In this document: positions 38,589-48,180 of the stretch, one piece after another
How positions within the stretch are numbered: the first letter of the stretch is position 1
Layout: each line of letters opens with the position of its first letter
Assembly (NCBI GenBank): GCA_041665065.1
Contig: JBAYJM010000003.1
Span: forward strand, 5,183 to 69,182
Direction of reading: 5' to 3'
DNA: 64,000 nucleotides
Origin: Candidatus Buchananbacteria bacterium
GTDB taxonomy: Bacteria > Patescibacteriota > Patescibacteriia > 2-01-FULL-39-33
Notes under the pieces: generated by a model
Database searches by the model: none
What the model saw: only the letters and a program-made list of their open reading frames with translations
Told to the model about the DNA's origin: nothing
Translations under genes and position numbers: made by a program

Positions 38589-38981
38589 TTACTGCGGTTG
38601 CCAATTTGTCGGCTGCATTATTCCAAACATATTACCCTCAGTATCAGCCGCTCTAATAAACCAGCCAATATCAGGTATTTCCATTTTTTCTCCATTAATC
38701 TTGCCTCCATTTTTCTTTACATTTTCAATCGCCTCATCAATATTTTCGACTGTCATTGTACAATCAAAAGTATTTAAGGGCTTGTCTTTGGGACGCTGAT
38801 ACATCCCACCATTGATTCCGGGGGTTCCTTTCTCACCAGTAGTAAGTCCCCAATAATCCATTCCGCCTTGATCTTTTGTCATCATCTGTTCGATTTTCCA
38901 GCCGAAAGTATTTTCATAAAAAGATTTCGCCCGATTAATATCATCTGCCTGGACTTCAAAATGCATAATACGATTTGGCAT
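38589..38981 (-). CDS. VOC-family (glyoxalase/bleomycin-resistance fold) protein
   Basis: 130 aa. MHFEVQADDINRAKSFYENTFGWKIE matches the VOC N-terminal beta-alpha-beta-beta-beta module. Confidence 0.8.
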   Translation of the reverse strand: MPNRIMHFEVQADDINRAKSFYENTFGWKIEQMMTKDQGGMDYWGLTTGEKGTPGINGGMYQRPKDKPLNTFDCTMTVENIDEAIENVKKNGGKINGEKMEIPDIGWFIRAADTEGNMFGIMQPTNWQPQ

Positions 38982-39041
38982 ATAATTTTAAATTATTAAT
39001 AATAAAATTATTATAAATAAGCATCTTGAAGTTAAGATTAA

Positions 39042-39068
39042 GAAAAAACGCCACTCAATAAGAGTGGC
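39042..39068 (-). terminator. Intrinsic terminator of the SPFH gene
   Basis: Minus strand reads GGCGCCACUCuuauuGAGUGGCGuuuuuu. Confidence 0.8.
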
Positions 39069-39092
39069 GCCAAGCTGAATATAGTTTATTTA

Positions 39093-39854
39093 TTATAATT
39101 TAAAATCTGCTTTAACACTCTTAATGGCATCGGATACCGTACTCATGAATTGCGCTGGGAAAATTATGGTTGAATTTTTTTCTACGCTGATTTCCGCCAT
39201 TGTTTGAAGTGTCCTAAGTTGCAGGGCAACAGGATGAGCCGAAATAATATCAGCGGCTTCGCCTAATTTTACTGCGGCTTGGAATTCACCTTCAGCAGCT
39301 ACAATTTTAGCTCTACGTTCTCTCTCAGCTTCAGCTTCCTTAGCCATCGCCCTTTGCATGTTGTCAGGCAAAGTAATATCTTTTATTTCTACTGCAGTTA
39401 CCTGCGCCCCCCATGGTTCAGTATGGGCATCAATAACATTTTTAATCTGATCATTGATATCGGAGGTTTGTGACAATAATTGATCCAAGCTGAATCTTCC
39501 AACAACATTTCTTACCGTTGTTTGGCTGATCTGATTTACAGCCTGGTAAACATTTTCAATGGCGATTACTGCCTTAGTCGGATCAACTATATGATAATAG
39601 GCCACAGCCGCGATATCAATAGACACATTATCCTTGGTGATTATTTTCTGTGATGGAATATCCATAGTAACCGTCCTAAGCGGAACTCGTGACATCTGTT
39701 CAAAAATAGGAATTAAAAAAATAAGACCAGGACCCCTTACGCCCGTGTATTTTCCTAAAAAGAAAATAACGCCTCTCTCATATTGTTTGACAACCCTAAG
39801 CGATGAAAAAATTACAATAATGGCGATTACAACTATGATCCAAAATATTGTCAT
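39093..39854 (-). CDS. SPFH/band-7 (stomatin/HflC-like) membrane protein
   Basis: N-terminal TM. SPFH core. C-terminal coiled-coil [21 protein letters not shown]. Confidence 0.85.
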   Translation of the reverse strand: MTIFWIIVVIAIIVIFSSLRVVKQYERGVIFFLGKYTGVRGPGLIFLIPIFEQMSRVPLRTVTMDIPSQKIITKDNVSIDIAAVAYYHIVDPTKAVIAIENVYQAVNQISQTTVRNVVGRFSLDQLLSQTSDINDQIKNVIDAHTEPWGAQVTAVEIKDITLPDNMQRAMAKEAEAERERRAKIVAAEGEFQAAVKLGEAADIISAHPVALQLRTLQTMAEISVEKNSTIIFPAQFMSTVSDAIKSVKADFKL

Positions 39855-40049
39855 AATTTTGTCTTTAATTAATTAATTTATCTAAAATTACAATAACAAT
39901 ATTTAACTATTTTGTCAAAATAAGAAAAATTTTAGATTAACTTAAAATACAATAATTAAACCGCTAATATTGTGATTTTATTAGAATTATCCTATAATAT
40001 ATAACTAATAAGCAAAAAAACTAACACCATAAAAGAAATTAATTTAGCC

Positions 40050-41354
40050 ATGAAAATATCGCAAAAAAGCAACTCCGGATTAATTATTATTTTAATATTA
40101 GCGCTCTTGCCTATTTTACTGTGGCTGATTTTCCCAGCGCCATTGCCACGCTTTAGCAGTTTAACAATTGGCCTATCAAATATCGGCCAGATATTTGGAC
40201 TGGTCGGCGCATCCCTTTTTGCCATTAACCTGATTCTTTCCGCCAGGTTTAAATCTTTAGAAAAAATTTTTAACGGATTAAACGGGGTTTATTTGCAACA
40301 TGACCAATTAGGACAAATTGCTTTGATGCTCCTTTTATTTCATCCACTGTTACTAATTCCAAAATATGCAAGCGGATCATTTGTAAATGCTGCCCTTTTT
40401 TTATTACCGAGTGCAAACATAGCAATAAATTTAGGAATCTACTCGCTAGCTTTGATGATTTTTTTAATTATTCTGACTCTTTACTTAAGGCCAAAATATA
40501 ATATTTGGAAATGGACGCATAAATTTTTGGGACTTGCTTTCTTTTTGGCTTCGATTCATATTTGGCTCATTCCAAGCGATATTTCTAGAAATATACCGCT
40601 TAGAACTTACATGCTAGGCTTGTCAATAATTGCAATACTTTGTTTCATTTACAAATCACTTTTGGGCAACATTTTTATTAAGAAATTTGAATATATTGTT
40701 ACTGAAATAAAATTATTAAATGATTCTACTGTAAAAATAACCATGAAATCCAACAGCAAACAGTTGACCTTTTCAGCGGGTCAATTTATTTTTGTCAGTT
40801 TTCAAAGTGAGATCAGTTCTGAAAGCCATCCTTTTACAATATCATCGAGTCCGGATGAAAAAGAATTAATTATTACTGCTAAAAATCTCGGCGATTACAC
40901 AAAAAAGTTAGCTAATCTCAAAATTGGCACTATAACAAAAATTGAAGGTCCATTCGGAGTTTTTTCTTATAAAAATTCCGGACACAAAAATCAAATCTGG
41001 ATTGCCGGAGGAATTGGAATCACGCCATTTTTAAGCATGATTAAAACCTTACAACAGAACGACAACCATAATATTGATTTGTATTATTGTACTAGAAATG
41101 AAAGTGAAATCATATATCCTGATTTTCTAAAAAACATCTCTTCAAGCTTGAATAACTCACTTAGAATTATTAACCACTATTCCGATAGCCAAGGATTTAT
41201 TAATGCTGATATTATCAAAAAAATGTCCGTGGATTTGATAGATAAAGATCTATTTATTTGCGCTCCACCGCCAATGATCAGATCACTGAAAAAACAATTT
41301 ATTGCCAAAGGCGTAAATAAAAAATTCATCTATTCCGAAGAATTTAATTTTTAA
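40050..41354 (+). CDS. Ferric-reductase / NADPH-oxidase-like transmembrane flavocytochrome (FRD, FAD and NAD domains)
   Basis: Six-TM ferric-reductase domain with paired His. HPFTISSSP FAD-binding motif typical of the NOX/FRE family. GGIGITPFLSMIK NAD(P)H-binding Gly-rich motif. CAPPPM near the C-terminus. Confidence 0.75.
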   Translation: MKISQKSNSGLIIILILALLPILLWLIFPAPLPRFSSLTIGLSNIGQIFGLVGASLFAINLILSARFKSLEKIFNGLNGVYLQHDQLGQIALMLLLFHPLLLIPKYASGSFVNAALFLLPSANIAINLGIYSLALMIFLIILTLYLRPKYNIWKWTHKFLGLAFFLASIHIWLIPSDISRNIPLRTYMLGLSIIAILCFIYKSLLGNIFIKKFEYIVTEIKLLNDSTVKITMKSNSKQLTFSAGQFIFVSFQSEISSESHPFTISSSPDEKELIITAKNLGDYTKKLANLKIGTITKIEGPFGVFSYKNSGHKNQIWIAGGIGITPFLSMIKTLQQNDNHNIDLYYCTRNESEIIYPDFLKNISSSLNNSLRIINHYSDSQGFINADIIKKMSVDLIDKDLFICAPPPMIRSLKKQFIAKGVNKKFIYSEEFNF

Positions 41355-41361
41355 ATATCTT

Positions 41362-41847
41362 ATGAAAAAAATAACTTTATTAGTTTTAGTATTTTTCGCC
41401 GGTGCTGTAGTGGCAATATATGGGCTTGGAATTATATTTGCAAACCAGAATTCAATATCTGCCACAAACACATTATCAGACCCCACGAATATAAATAATA
41501 AAACTCAACCAAATAATAATTCAACGAGCAGCCAGCCAGCAATCTCTAGTAATAATTCTAATAAACCGGTATCCAAAACAAAAATTAATCAGCCAACTAC
41601 TCCGCCGAAAAGCCAACCAGCGCTAAATGCTACAGAAATTTCTAAACACTCTTCGGCAAATGATTGCTATTTAATTGTAAAAAATAAAGTCTACAATGTT
41701 TCAAGCTACATAGGCTCCCACCCCGGAGGACGAAACAAAATAACTTCAAATTGCGGAACTGAAGTAACCGGCATATTCGCGCAAATCCATTCAAATTTTG
41801 CTTGGAATTTATTAAATAAATATTATATTGGTGATGTTATAAAATAA
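41362..41847 (+). CDS. Membrane-anchored cytochrome b5-like haem-binding domain protein
   Basis: N-terminal TM. Asn/Ser/Thr/Pro-rich linker. C-terminal NDCYLIVKNKVYNVSSYIGSHPGG (cytochrome b5 HPGG motif). Start is 8 nt after the reductase stop. Confidence 0.65.
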   Translation: MKKITLLVLVFFAGAVVAIYGLGIIFANQNSISATNTLSDPTNINNKTQPNNNSTSSQPAISSNNSNKPVSKTKINQPTTPPKSQPALNATEISKHSSANDCYLIVKNKVYNVSSYIGSHPGGRNKITSNCGTEVTGIFAQIHSNFAWNLLNKYYIGDVIK

Positions 41848-41865
41848 ATTTAGCAATTCTTAATT

Positions 41866-42600
41866 TTACAAATATTTTAATCTAGTATTTTTATTAATCG
41901 CCGGGTTCTCTATTTTATACTCAGGATGAATTTTAGCCCATTTGGAAATATCAGTCCACTTAAGTCCATGAAACCCGAATTGCCCGTCCCAAGTGAAATG
42001 CAAACGATCCTCTGATTCAAAACTAAACTGCTTCGCCAACTTAACTGGCGCAAACTTTATCCCATTGTCTTCAAATAATTTACGATAATACACGCAGATA
42101 GCAACGTCTTCCGGATTATATCTTTCAATCGTGCCTTTTTTTATTAATTTTGAAGTTAGGGAGAGTAATTTTTTACTTCGCAAGCTGAATCCGCCATTAC
42201 CAACCACTAACTTGCTCATTAATTCCGGCGGAAAATCAAAATTTTTAACAGACCAATCAGCGACTAGCCAAGGCGCGCCAATATAATCGTATTTTAAAAA
42301 TTCATCTGTCCAGACTTTTGAATTAAGAATAAAACCATCATATTGGACTATCAATACATACTCAGTTTCAACGTATTTATCTAACTCTTCAAGAACAAAA
42401 CGAGAATATTTTTCCACTGAATTCAAAGGTTTGATTTTTACAACATTTTTCAATTTACTTGCCTTTAAAGATGTCAGCAATTTTACATTTGCAAACTCAA
42501 AATCTTTTTGACAAATTTCTATAGCCAAAGAGAGCCTTTGCGCATCAACGCAATCAATTCCCAGCAATGTGACTGTTTCTAATTTTCTTTTATGCTTCAT
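41866..42600 (-). CDS. Hypothetical cytoplasmic protein
   Basis: 244 aa. No secretion signal and no recognisable catalytic motif. Confidence 0.4.
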   Translation of the reverse strand: MKHKRKLETVTLLGIDCVDAQRLSLAIEICQKDFEFANVKLLTSLKASKLKNVVKIKPLNSVEKYSRFVLEELDKYVETEYVLIVQYDGFILNSKVWTDEFLKYDYIGAPWLVADWSVKNFDFPPELMSKLVVGNGGFSLRSKKLLSLTSKLIKKGTIERYNPEDVAICVYYRKLFEDNGIKFAPVKLAKQFSFESEDRLHFTWDGQFGFHGLKWTDISKWAKIHPEYKIENPAINKNTRLKYL

Positions 42601-42978
42601 GTTTTTGGGACCTCTTAATAAATTATCCTAAGACCATTTAATATATTAACTTAAAAATCTATAAGTAAGCCAAATTCCTAATATTCCGCTAATGGCTCCG
42701 CAAATTATGGAAATAAAGGAAAAAGTGTTTACTCCAAAAATAACCGGTGCGTATCCTCCGATAGTTGACCTATAATCATACCAAGTATTATCATTTTTTT
42801 ATCCATATTTTATATTATATATTTTTTATATCTTAAAAGCCATTAATTTTAAATATTAGAATAAATTCCCCTATTTTAAATATAAGGCTAAATAGCATTA
42901 ACAATAACAATATATTGACAAACGATAAATGATAGATTATTATAAATATAACTTTCAATTAATTAAGTAAAATAATTT

Positions 42979-43443
42979 ATGAAACAAAGTTCAACATTAT
43001 TTTTAAAAGGCGTTATTGTTCTTCTTGGGATTATAATTCTTGGTTTGTGCGTTTTTTTGCTACCATTAGGAATTTTATCAGACAAGACAGGATACTATCG
43101 TCCTCTCTTAATGGGTTTGTATATTCCGGCTATTCCATTTTTTATGGCACTATACCAATCTCTAAAGTTATTAAACTCCATTGATAAAAAGAAGGCATTC
43201 TCAGAATCATCAACTAAAGCTTTAGGCAAAATAAAATATTGCGCAATCATTATTAGCATATTATTTGCTGTAGGCATGCCATACATTTTTTACGTTGGGG
43301 ATAGAGATGATGCGCCCGGTGTCGTAGCAATTGGGTTTGTTATTATTTTTGCTTCAATTGTAATAGCCACTTTTGCTGCTGTGCTGCAAAAACTTTTACA
43401 AGAAGTTCTGGAAATAAAAGCAGAAAACGACTTAACTGTATAA
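42979..43443 (+). CDS. DUF2975-like small multi-TM membrane protein
   Basis: 154 aa with four TM helices. It is immediately followed by a short XRE HTH gene, which is the usual DUF2975 gene-pair arrangement. Confidence 0.5.
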   Translation: MKQSSTLFLKGVIVLLGIIILGLCVFLLPLGILSDKTGYYRPLLMGLYIPAIPFFMALYQSLKLLNSIDKKKAFSESSTKALGKIKYCAIIISILFAVGMPYIFYVGDRDDAPGVVAIGFVIIFASIVIATFAAVLQKLLQEVLEIKAENDLTV

Positions 43444-43453
43444 AAATAAAAAT

Positions 43454-43666
43454 ATGGCAATTATAATAAATATAGATGTGATGCTTGCTAAAAGAAAAAT
43501 GAGCGTCACTGAACTTACAGAAAAAGTTGGAATAACGATGGCTAATATTTCAATTTTAAAAAATGGAAAAGCAAGAGCAATTCGACTATCAACACTAGAA
43601 GCGATTTGCAGGGCTTTGGATTGCCAGCCTGGAGATATTATTGAATACAAGAAAGGGAAAAATTAA
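43454..43666 (+). CDS. XRE-family (Cro/CI-type) HTH transcriptional regulator, short form
   Basis: 70 aa. MSVTELTEKVGITMANISILKNGKARAIRLSTLEAICRAL is a canonical HTH_XRE. Confidence 0.8.
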   Translation: MAIIINIDVMLAKRKMSVTELTEKVGITMANISILKNGKARAIRLSTLEAICRALDCQPGDIIEYKKGKN

Positions 43667-43686
43667 ATTAAATATATATTATATGA

Positions 43687-44001
43687 AATGCAAAAAAACA
43701 ACCGCCAGGCAAAGAAGCATATATTCGTGAGGAAGATTTAACTGATCAACTAATCAAACTGATTGATAAAATAGATATTGATCAATTAAAAACTCAAAAA
43801 AGAATTAAAGAAGAAATGGATAGATATCAAAAATTTACCAAAAATATTTTAGGAATGAATAGCAAATTTAAGATGCCAGAGATTGATATGAAAGATTATG
43901 CCAGATATGTATTGTCTGATGGGACAAGAGAGGAGAAAAGAGAGTTACTTAATTGTCTGGATACACAATTACAATTAAAAGAGCAAAAAATTTATGTATA
44001 A
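43687..44001 (+). pseudogene. Probable 3' remnant of a degraded gene. The open frame has no credible start, and only its last 61 codons form an ATG-initiated ORF.
   Basis: The frame is open from 43687 (NAKKQPPGKEAYIREEDLTDQLIKLIDKIDIDQLKTQKRIKEEMDRYQKF...) to the stop at 44001. No RBS or start sits at the head of the frame. It lies inside the tRNA-adjacent islet. Confidence 0.3.
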
Positions 44002-44059
44002 TTATTTCCACAAACAAAAAATTAAATATTTTTAGAAATATTACCTTTAGAAATTATAA

Positions 44060-46417
44060 TTATGCAATATCGACTACCACTTCTCCTATGGATACTCCCC
44101 AAACTTCCATTATAAACTTATCAATATCTGCCCGCTCTACTACTTGGTACATCATTGCTTCAGCATCATTTCTAATACGTAAGGTGCCGTTCATTCTCTC
44201 TCTTTCATAATCTGATTTCCATTTCGATAATTCACGAAAAAGTTGGTCGTGATGAGGCAATCCCATTATATTGTGGTTGCGAGGGTCAAAGTCAGCAGGC
44301 AAACCAGGCGGCAGATTAGTGAGATGTTTGGTGAAATAATTTACTTCAAACTCTTTAATTTTTACTTTAAAGTTAGCAACTATATCAGTCCACCCTTTTT
44401 TCAGTGCGAGAATACCAAGATAGCACGCTTTCTCTAATACTCTTGGCTGGTCATATCCATACCCGCTTGTCGTCTTTTCAAGCGTGTGTTTAGTAAGTCC
44501 GTAAAGTGCATCAATACAGTCCTGCACCAATTTTTTATCTTCCAATCTCACGGCTACTAATATGCCAGTTTTTGCGACGCTATCAGTTAGTGTATTAAAT
44601 TGATTTGAGCTGCCGTCAAATTTATCGGCGTGATGAGCAAACCAGCTTGGCAGATGTATATTCCAATCAAGGCGCGTTTTAAGTTCCTTAACATTATCTT
44701 TGAACTCATTATTTTGTATTAAATCAACTATAAGATTATTGATATTAAAAAGAAGTCGCCCAATGCTGTCGGTAAGAATCGTATCACAACTTTTCACTTG
44801 TTCAGATAGGGTTCGTAAACTCATATTTACTTCGCGAAATAACTGAATTAGGTCGGCTTGATACCTTTCTTTTTCTCTCGTTTCAATAATTCGTGCATAT
44901 TGGTTCATTATTATATTGAGAACCTGATAGAACTCATCATACCCCTTACTCCAACTGAACTGAGTGGTTATGTCGTTTGACAATAACCCAGCATTAACAA
45001 ATGTATTGATATAATTGGAAATAATAGCAACATTTTTCAAAGCATCATTAAAATGAGTACGCCTGTCCATAAGAGAGTTTGTAAATACAGACCCTATAAC
45101 ACGAAGAAAGGTCATTGAACACTGATCTACAATAATAAGTTGTTTTTTTGAAAGTCCATAGATAGCAATTTCCATTATCTTTTCTAATAACCCGTGCATT
45201 GTTAGCGAAAGACCTTTTTCGGATGCTATAGTCACTGTATCACCCAATACTTGAAGACCCTGAAAAACTACCTCAATATTTTCTGCCCTCTTACCACTTT
45301 CAATAAAAAAGTTTAAATTACTAACGAGTAAATCTAATATAGGATTTTCATTCCGTTGGCTAACAAATTGGATTTCTTGCGCTTTTTTAATAAGAGCACG
45401 GTATACATCAATCACATAGGTTGCAAGCTCATCCTTTCCTTCTTTAATAAACTTTTCTCCCGCTTTATTTAATCTTTCACAGTTATGATATAAAAAACTT
45501 TGACTATCGCTTTCTACGGCAAGAAACACTACTCCAGATGGTAAAATAAGCGATGATGTTTTTCGAGCTTCAAAAAATTGAGAAATTATTTTATAAACCG
45601 CAGTAAATCCTCGCTTTGTTGTGCCGACTTCTTGTTTGTCTCCTAACTTCATTGCTATCTCAACCAGATTTTCCAGTTGCCTGTCAAGATTGACGATAAA
45701 AGGTTGAAGCACTCGATTGTACGCGGCCGCAAGAGCAATTCCCTCTGTAACATTATTGTCTTTGGCTCGCATAATGCCAGCAATTTGTTTAGCGTCATAT
45801 TGAACTCGTTTTAAAAAATGCAAACCCTCACTTTCTAAAAAAATTATTGCATTTGAAGGGTTTAGTTTTCTTCGCACATTTTTATATTGCCAATCAATAA
45901 GGGCAAAAACGAGTCCGATTATAACAAGGGAATAAAATACGATATTAGAAGAAATATTTTCTGAAACGCTTGATAGACTACCAACATATAACCCACTTCC
46001 AAATAATGCAATAGTAATAATAATTACAAGATAATAAACAAATTTTTCTCTCCAATCATGCACATATATTTCGAAGTATTGGGATGAGTAGAGGTCGGAT
46101 GCGTTTTGAAGTAAAAAAATTGAAATAGTAAAAACGATAGCAATTGTTCCTCCTGCCATAGCGCCTGCTGCTACAAGATAATTACTTAATATGTCTTGAG
46201 TGAAAGCTGCACCACCGAATCTATGCACAAAATAACCCATAACGATCGTAACCAAAATAAAAGATGCCTGTCTAATTAAATCAAAATGTTTTTTAAGAAA
46301 AGCGACAAATCTCCTCCATCTATTAATGTATAACCAAAAAAACATCCGATAATCATATTGGGCATATTGGATTCCTTTTTTTATTTGTATGTTTAATTTA
46401 GCTAATAATTCTTTCAT
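44060..46417 (-). CDS. Large orphan membrane-anchored protein: four or five N-terminal TM helices and a cytoplasmic alpha-rich domain of about 580 aa with unknown function
   Basis: 785 aa uninterrupted ORF. No recognisable enzymatic motif. Apparently monocistronic. It lies between tRNA-Asn and the gene remnant. Confidence 0.6.
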   Translation of the reverse strand: MKELLAKLNIQIKKGIQYAQYDYRMFFWLYINRWRRFVAFLKKHFDLIRQASFILVTIVMGYFVHRFGGAAFTQDILSNYLVAAGAMAGGTIAIVFTISIFLLQNASDLYSSQYFEIYVHDWREKFVYYLVIIITIALFGSGLYVGSLSSVSENISSNIVFYSLVIIGLVFALIDWQYKNVRRKLNPSNAIIFLESEGLHFLKRVQYDAKQIAGIMRAKDNNVTEGIALAAAYNRVLQPFIVNLDRQLENLVEIAMKLGDKQEVGTTKRGFTAVYKIISQFFEARKTSSLILPSGVVFLAVESDSQSFLYHNCERLNKAGEKFIKEGKDELATYVIDVYRALIKKAQEIQFVSQRNENPILDLLVSNLNFFIESGKRAENIEVVFQGLQVLGDTVTIASEKGLSLTMHGLLEKIMEIAIYGLSKKQLIIVDQCSMTFLRVIGSVFTNSLMDRRTHFNDALKNVAIISNYINTFVNAGLLSNDITTQFSWSKGYDEFYQVLNIIMNQYARIIETREKERYQADLIQLFREVNMSLRTLSEQVKSCDTILTDSIGRLLFNINNLIVDLIQNNEFKDNVKELKTRLDWNIHLPSWFAHHADKFDGSSNQFNTLTDSVAKTGILVAVRLEDKKLVQDCIDALYGLTKHTLEKTTSGYGYDQPRVLEKACYLGILALKKGWTDIVANFKVKIKEFEVNYFTKHLTNLPPGLPADFDPRNHNIMGLPHHDQLFRELSKWKSDYERERMNGTLRIRNDAEAMMYQVVERADIDKFIMEVWGVSIGEVVVDIA

Positions 46418-46582
46418 TCAAAATAAACTTCTTAATTTTTTTCCTATCTCATTTTTTCATGATGGCTAATTTTTTATAATATTAACACCTTACTCCAGAA
46501 AAGTAAATTTAGCCGATTGTCGGTCTAGAACCAAAACGACCGGCTTCCATACAGGAAGTCGGTCGTTTAGAAAATATCGTCT

Positions 46583-46657
46583 TGGCTCAGCGAACAGGAC
46601 TCGAACCTGTAACCTACCGGTTAACAGCCGGTTGCTCTACCATTGAGCTATCGCTGA
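46583..46657 (-). tRNA. tRNA-Asn (anticodon GUU), with encoded CCA
   Basis: Reverse complement reads TCAGCGATAGCTCAATGGTAGAGCAACCGGCTGTTAACCGGTAGGTTACAGGTTCGAGTCCTGTTCGCTGAGCCA. Anticodon loop CTGTTAA. Confidence 0.85.
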
Positions 46658-46784
46658 ATATTTTAATAAAAAAGAACCTACTCGATTCAGTGGTAATATT
46701 ATCAAATTAGCCCACTATTGTCAATTTGGAGATAGATCCTGAATCAAGCCTGCCTGCCGGTAGGCGGGGAAATAATACCATCTT

Positions 46785-48053
46785 TTAAAAATCTCTTAAC
46801 TTTTCAACACCCTTTATTTTCTCTATTTTTTCTAAAGCCTTTGCCTCAATCTGCCTGATACGTTCACGAGTAACATCAAATTCCTGTCCTACTTCTTCAA
46901 GCGTATGAGCAACGCCATCTTTAAGGCCAAATCGCATTTCCAAAACTTTTTGTTCGCGAGGCGTCAATTCAGAAATTACTTGAGAAACATAATCGCGCAA
47001 AATCTGAAGCGCGGCAACTCTATCCGGAGTTATTGTTTTTTGATCTTCGATAAAATCTTCCAAAATACTATCCTCACTGTCATCGCCAACCGGAGTTCCA
47101 AGCGAGATAGTTTCTTGAGAAATTTTTATAATATGATTAACCTTATCAATATCCTCTCCCATTTCTGCTGCAATTTCTTCAGGCATTGGTTCACGACCCA
47201 AGTCCTGCACCAAGCGCCTTTCAATCTGCTGGAATTTATTGATATTTTCAACCATATGAACAGGAATACGGATTGTCCTGGATTGATCAGCCAAAGATCT
47301 TGTAATCGCCTGCCTTATCCACCAAGTCGCATAGGTTGAAAATTTATAACCACGATGATAATCAAATTTGTCCGCACCTCTAAACAATCCAATATTGCCC
47401 TCCTGAATTAAATCTAAGAGCGACATATTCTTCCCGGTAAATTTCTTGGCGATAGAAACAACAAGCCTTAAATTGGACTTGATTAATTTTTGCCTAGCTT
47501 CAATATCACCTCTTTCAATTCTTTTAGCTAAGGAAATTTCCTCTTCTGTCGTAAGCAATGGCACCTTGCCAATCTCCCTTAAATACATCTGGATTGAATC
47601 AGCTGAGATATCTGTTAAGTCCATATCCGGAAGAACTTTTGATTTTGCCCCTTTTTTCTGTGGCACCACTTCCACCGCTTTTGAAAGAAGGAATCCTTTT
47701 TGCTCCTCAACTCTTATGTTGGCATGATCCATTTCTTCTAAAAATTCTTCATACCTATCAACATACTCTTCCAAATCCGGAAAAGCCATCAGTATTTCCT
47801 GCTCAATAACAAAACCGCGCATCCTGCCTTTTTTGATCAATGACTGTATTGACTCTTCACTTACTTCAAATTGTGTTTTGAGGAATCGACTAACCTTGGC
47901 TTTTGGCTTTATTGGCGCTTTTGGCTTTTTGTCATTTTTAACTTTTTTAACAGCTAAAGCTTTTGGAATCTTTTTTGCCTTAAAGCTGGCTTTCTTTTTA
48001 ACCACAAAGTGCTTCTTCCCCTTTTTAGGTGTTGCTTTTTTTTCTTTTGGCAT
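46785..48053 (-). CDS. rpoD: RNA polymerase primary sigma factor RpoD with a Lys/Ala/Pro-rich basic N-terminal extension
   Basis: Regions 2 to 4 are conserved ([13 protein letters not shown], and region 4.2 [24 protein letters not shown]). The N-terminal roughly 60 aa are highly basic ([24 protein letters not shown]...). Confidence 0.95.
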   Translation of the reverse strand: MPKEKKATPKKGKKHFVVKKKASFKAKKIPKALAVKKVKNDKKPKAPIKPKAKVSRFLKTQFEVSEESIQSLIKKGRMRGFVIEQEILMAFPDLEEYVDRYEEFLEEMDHANIRVEEQKGFLLSKAVEVVPQKKGAKSKVLPDMDLTDISADSIQMYLREIGKVPLLTTEEEISLAKRIERGDIEARQKLIKSNLRLVVSIAKKFTGKNMSLLDLIQEGNIGLFRGADKFDYHRGYKFSTYATWWIRQAITRSLADQSRTIRIPVHMVENINKFQQIERRLVQDLGREPMPEEIAAEMGEDIDKVNHIIKISQETISLGTPVGDDSEDSILEDFIEDQKTITPDRVAALQILRDYVSQVISELTPREQKVLEMRFGLKDGVAHTLEEVGQEFDVTRERIRQIEAKALEKIEKIKGVEKLRDF

Positions 48054-48180
48054 CGAAAAAATGATTACAAAATTATTCTATAATTTTGACTCGTGAAGAC
48101 TAAAAAACGATCTTACCAAAATTATTAATAATATTTTGATAAAAATACAGACCAAGATTCACTTCTTCACAAAAATTGAT

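Noticed and set aside
42650-42800. Possible small hydrophobic minus-strand ORF in the AT-rich spacer upstream of the DUF2975 gene
   Set aside because: The hydrophobic frame has no start codon after the preceding stop. The ATG-initiated frame is only 22 aa. It is treated as non-coding.
42601-46660. Looked for a direct repeat of the tRNA-Asn 3' end (attL/attR) to delimit an integrated element
   Set aside because: No convincing copy of the tRNA 3' segment was found by eye between 42600 and 44060. The island boundaries therefore remain unproven and are reported only as a hypothesis.
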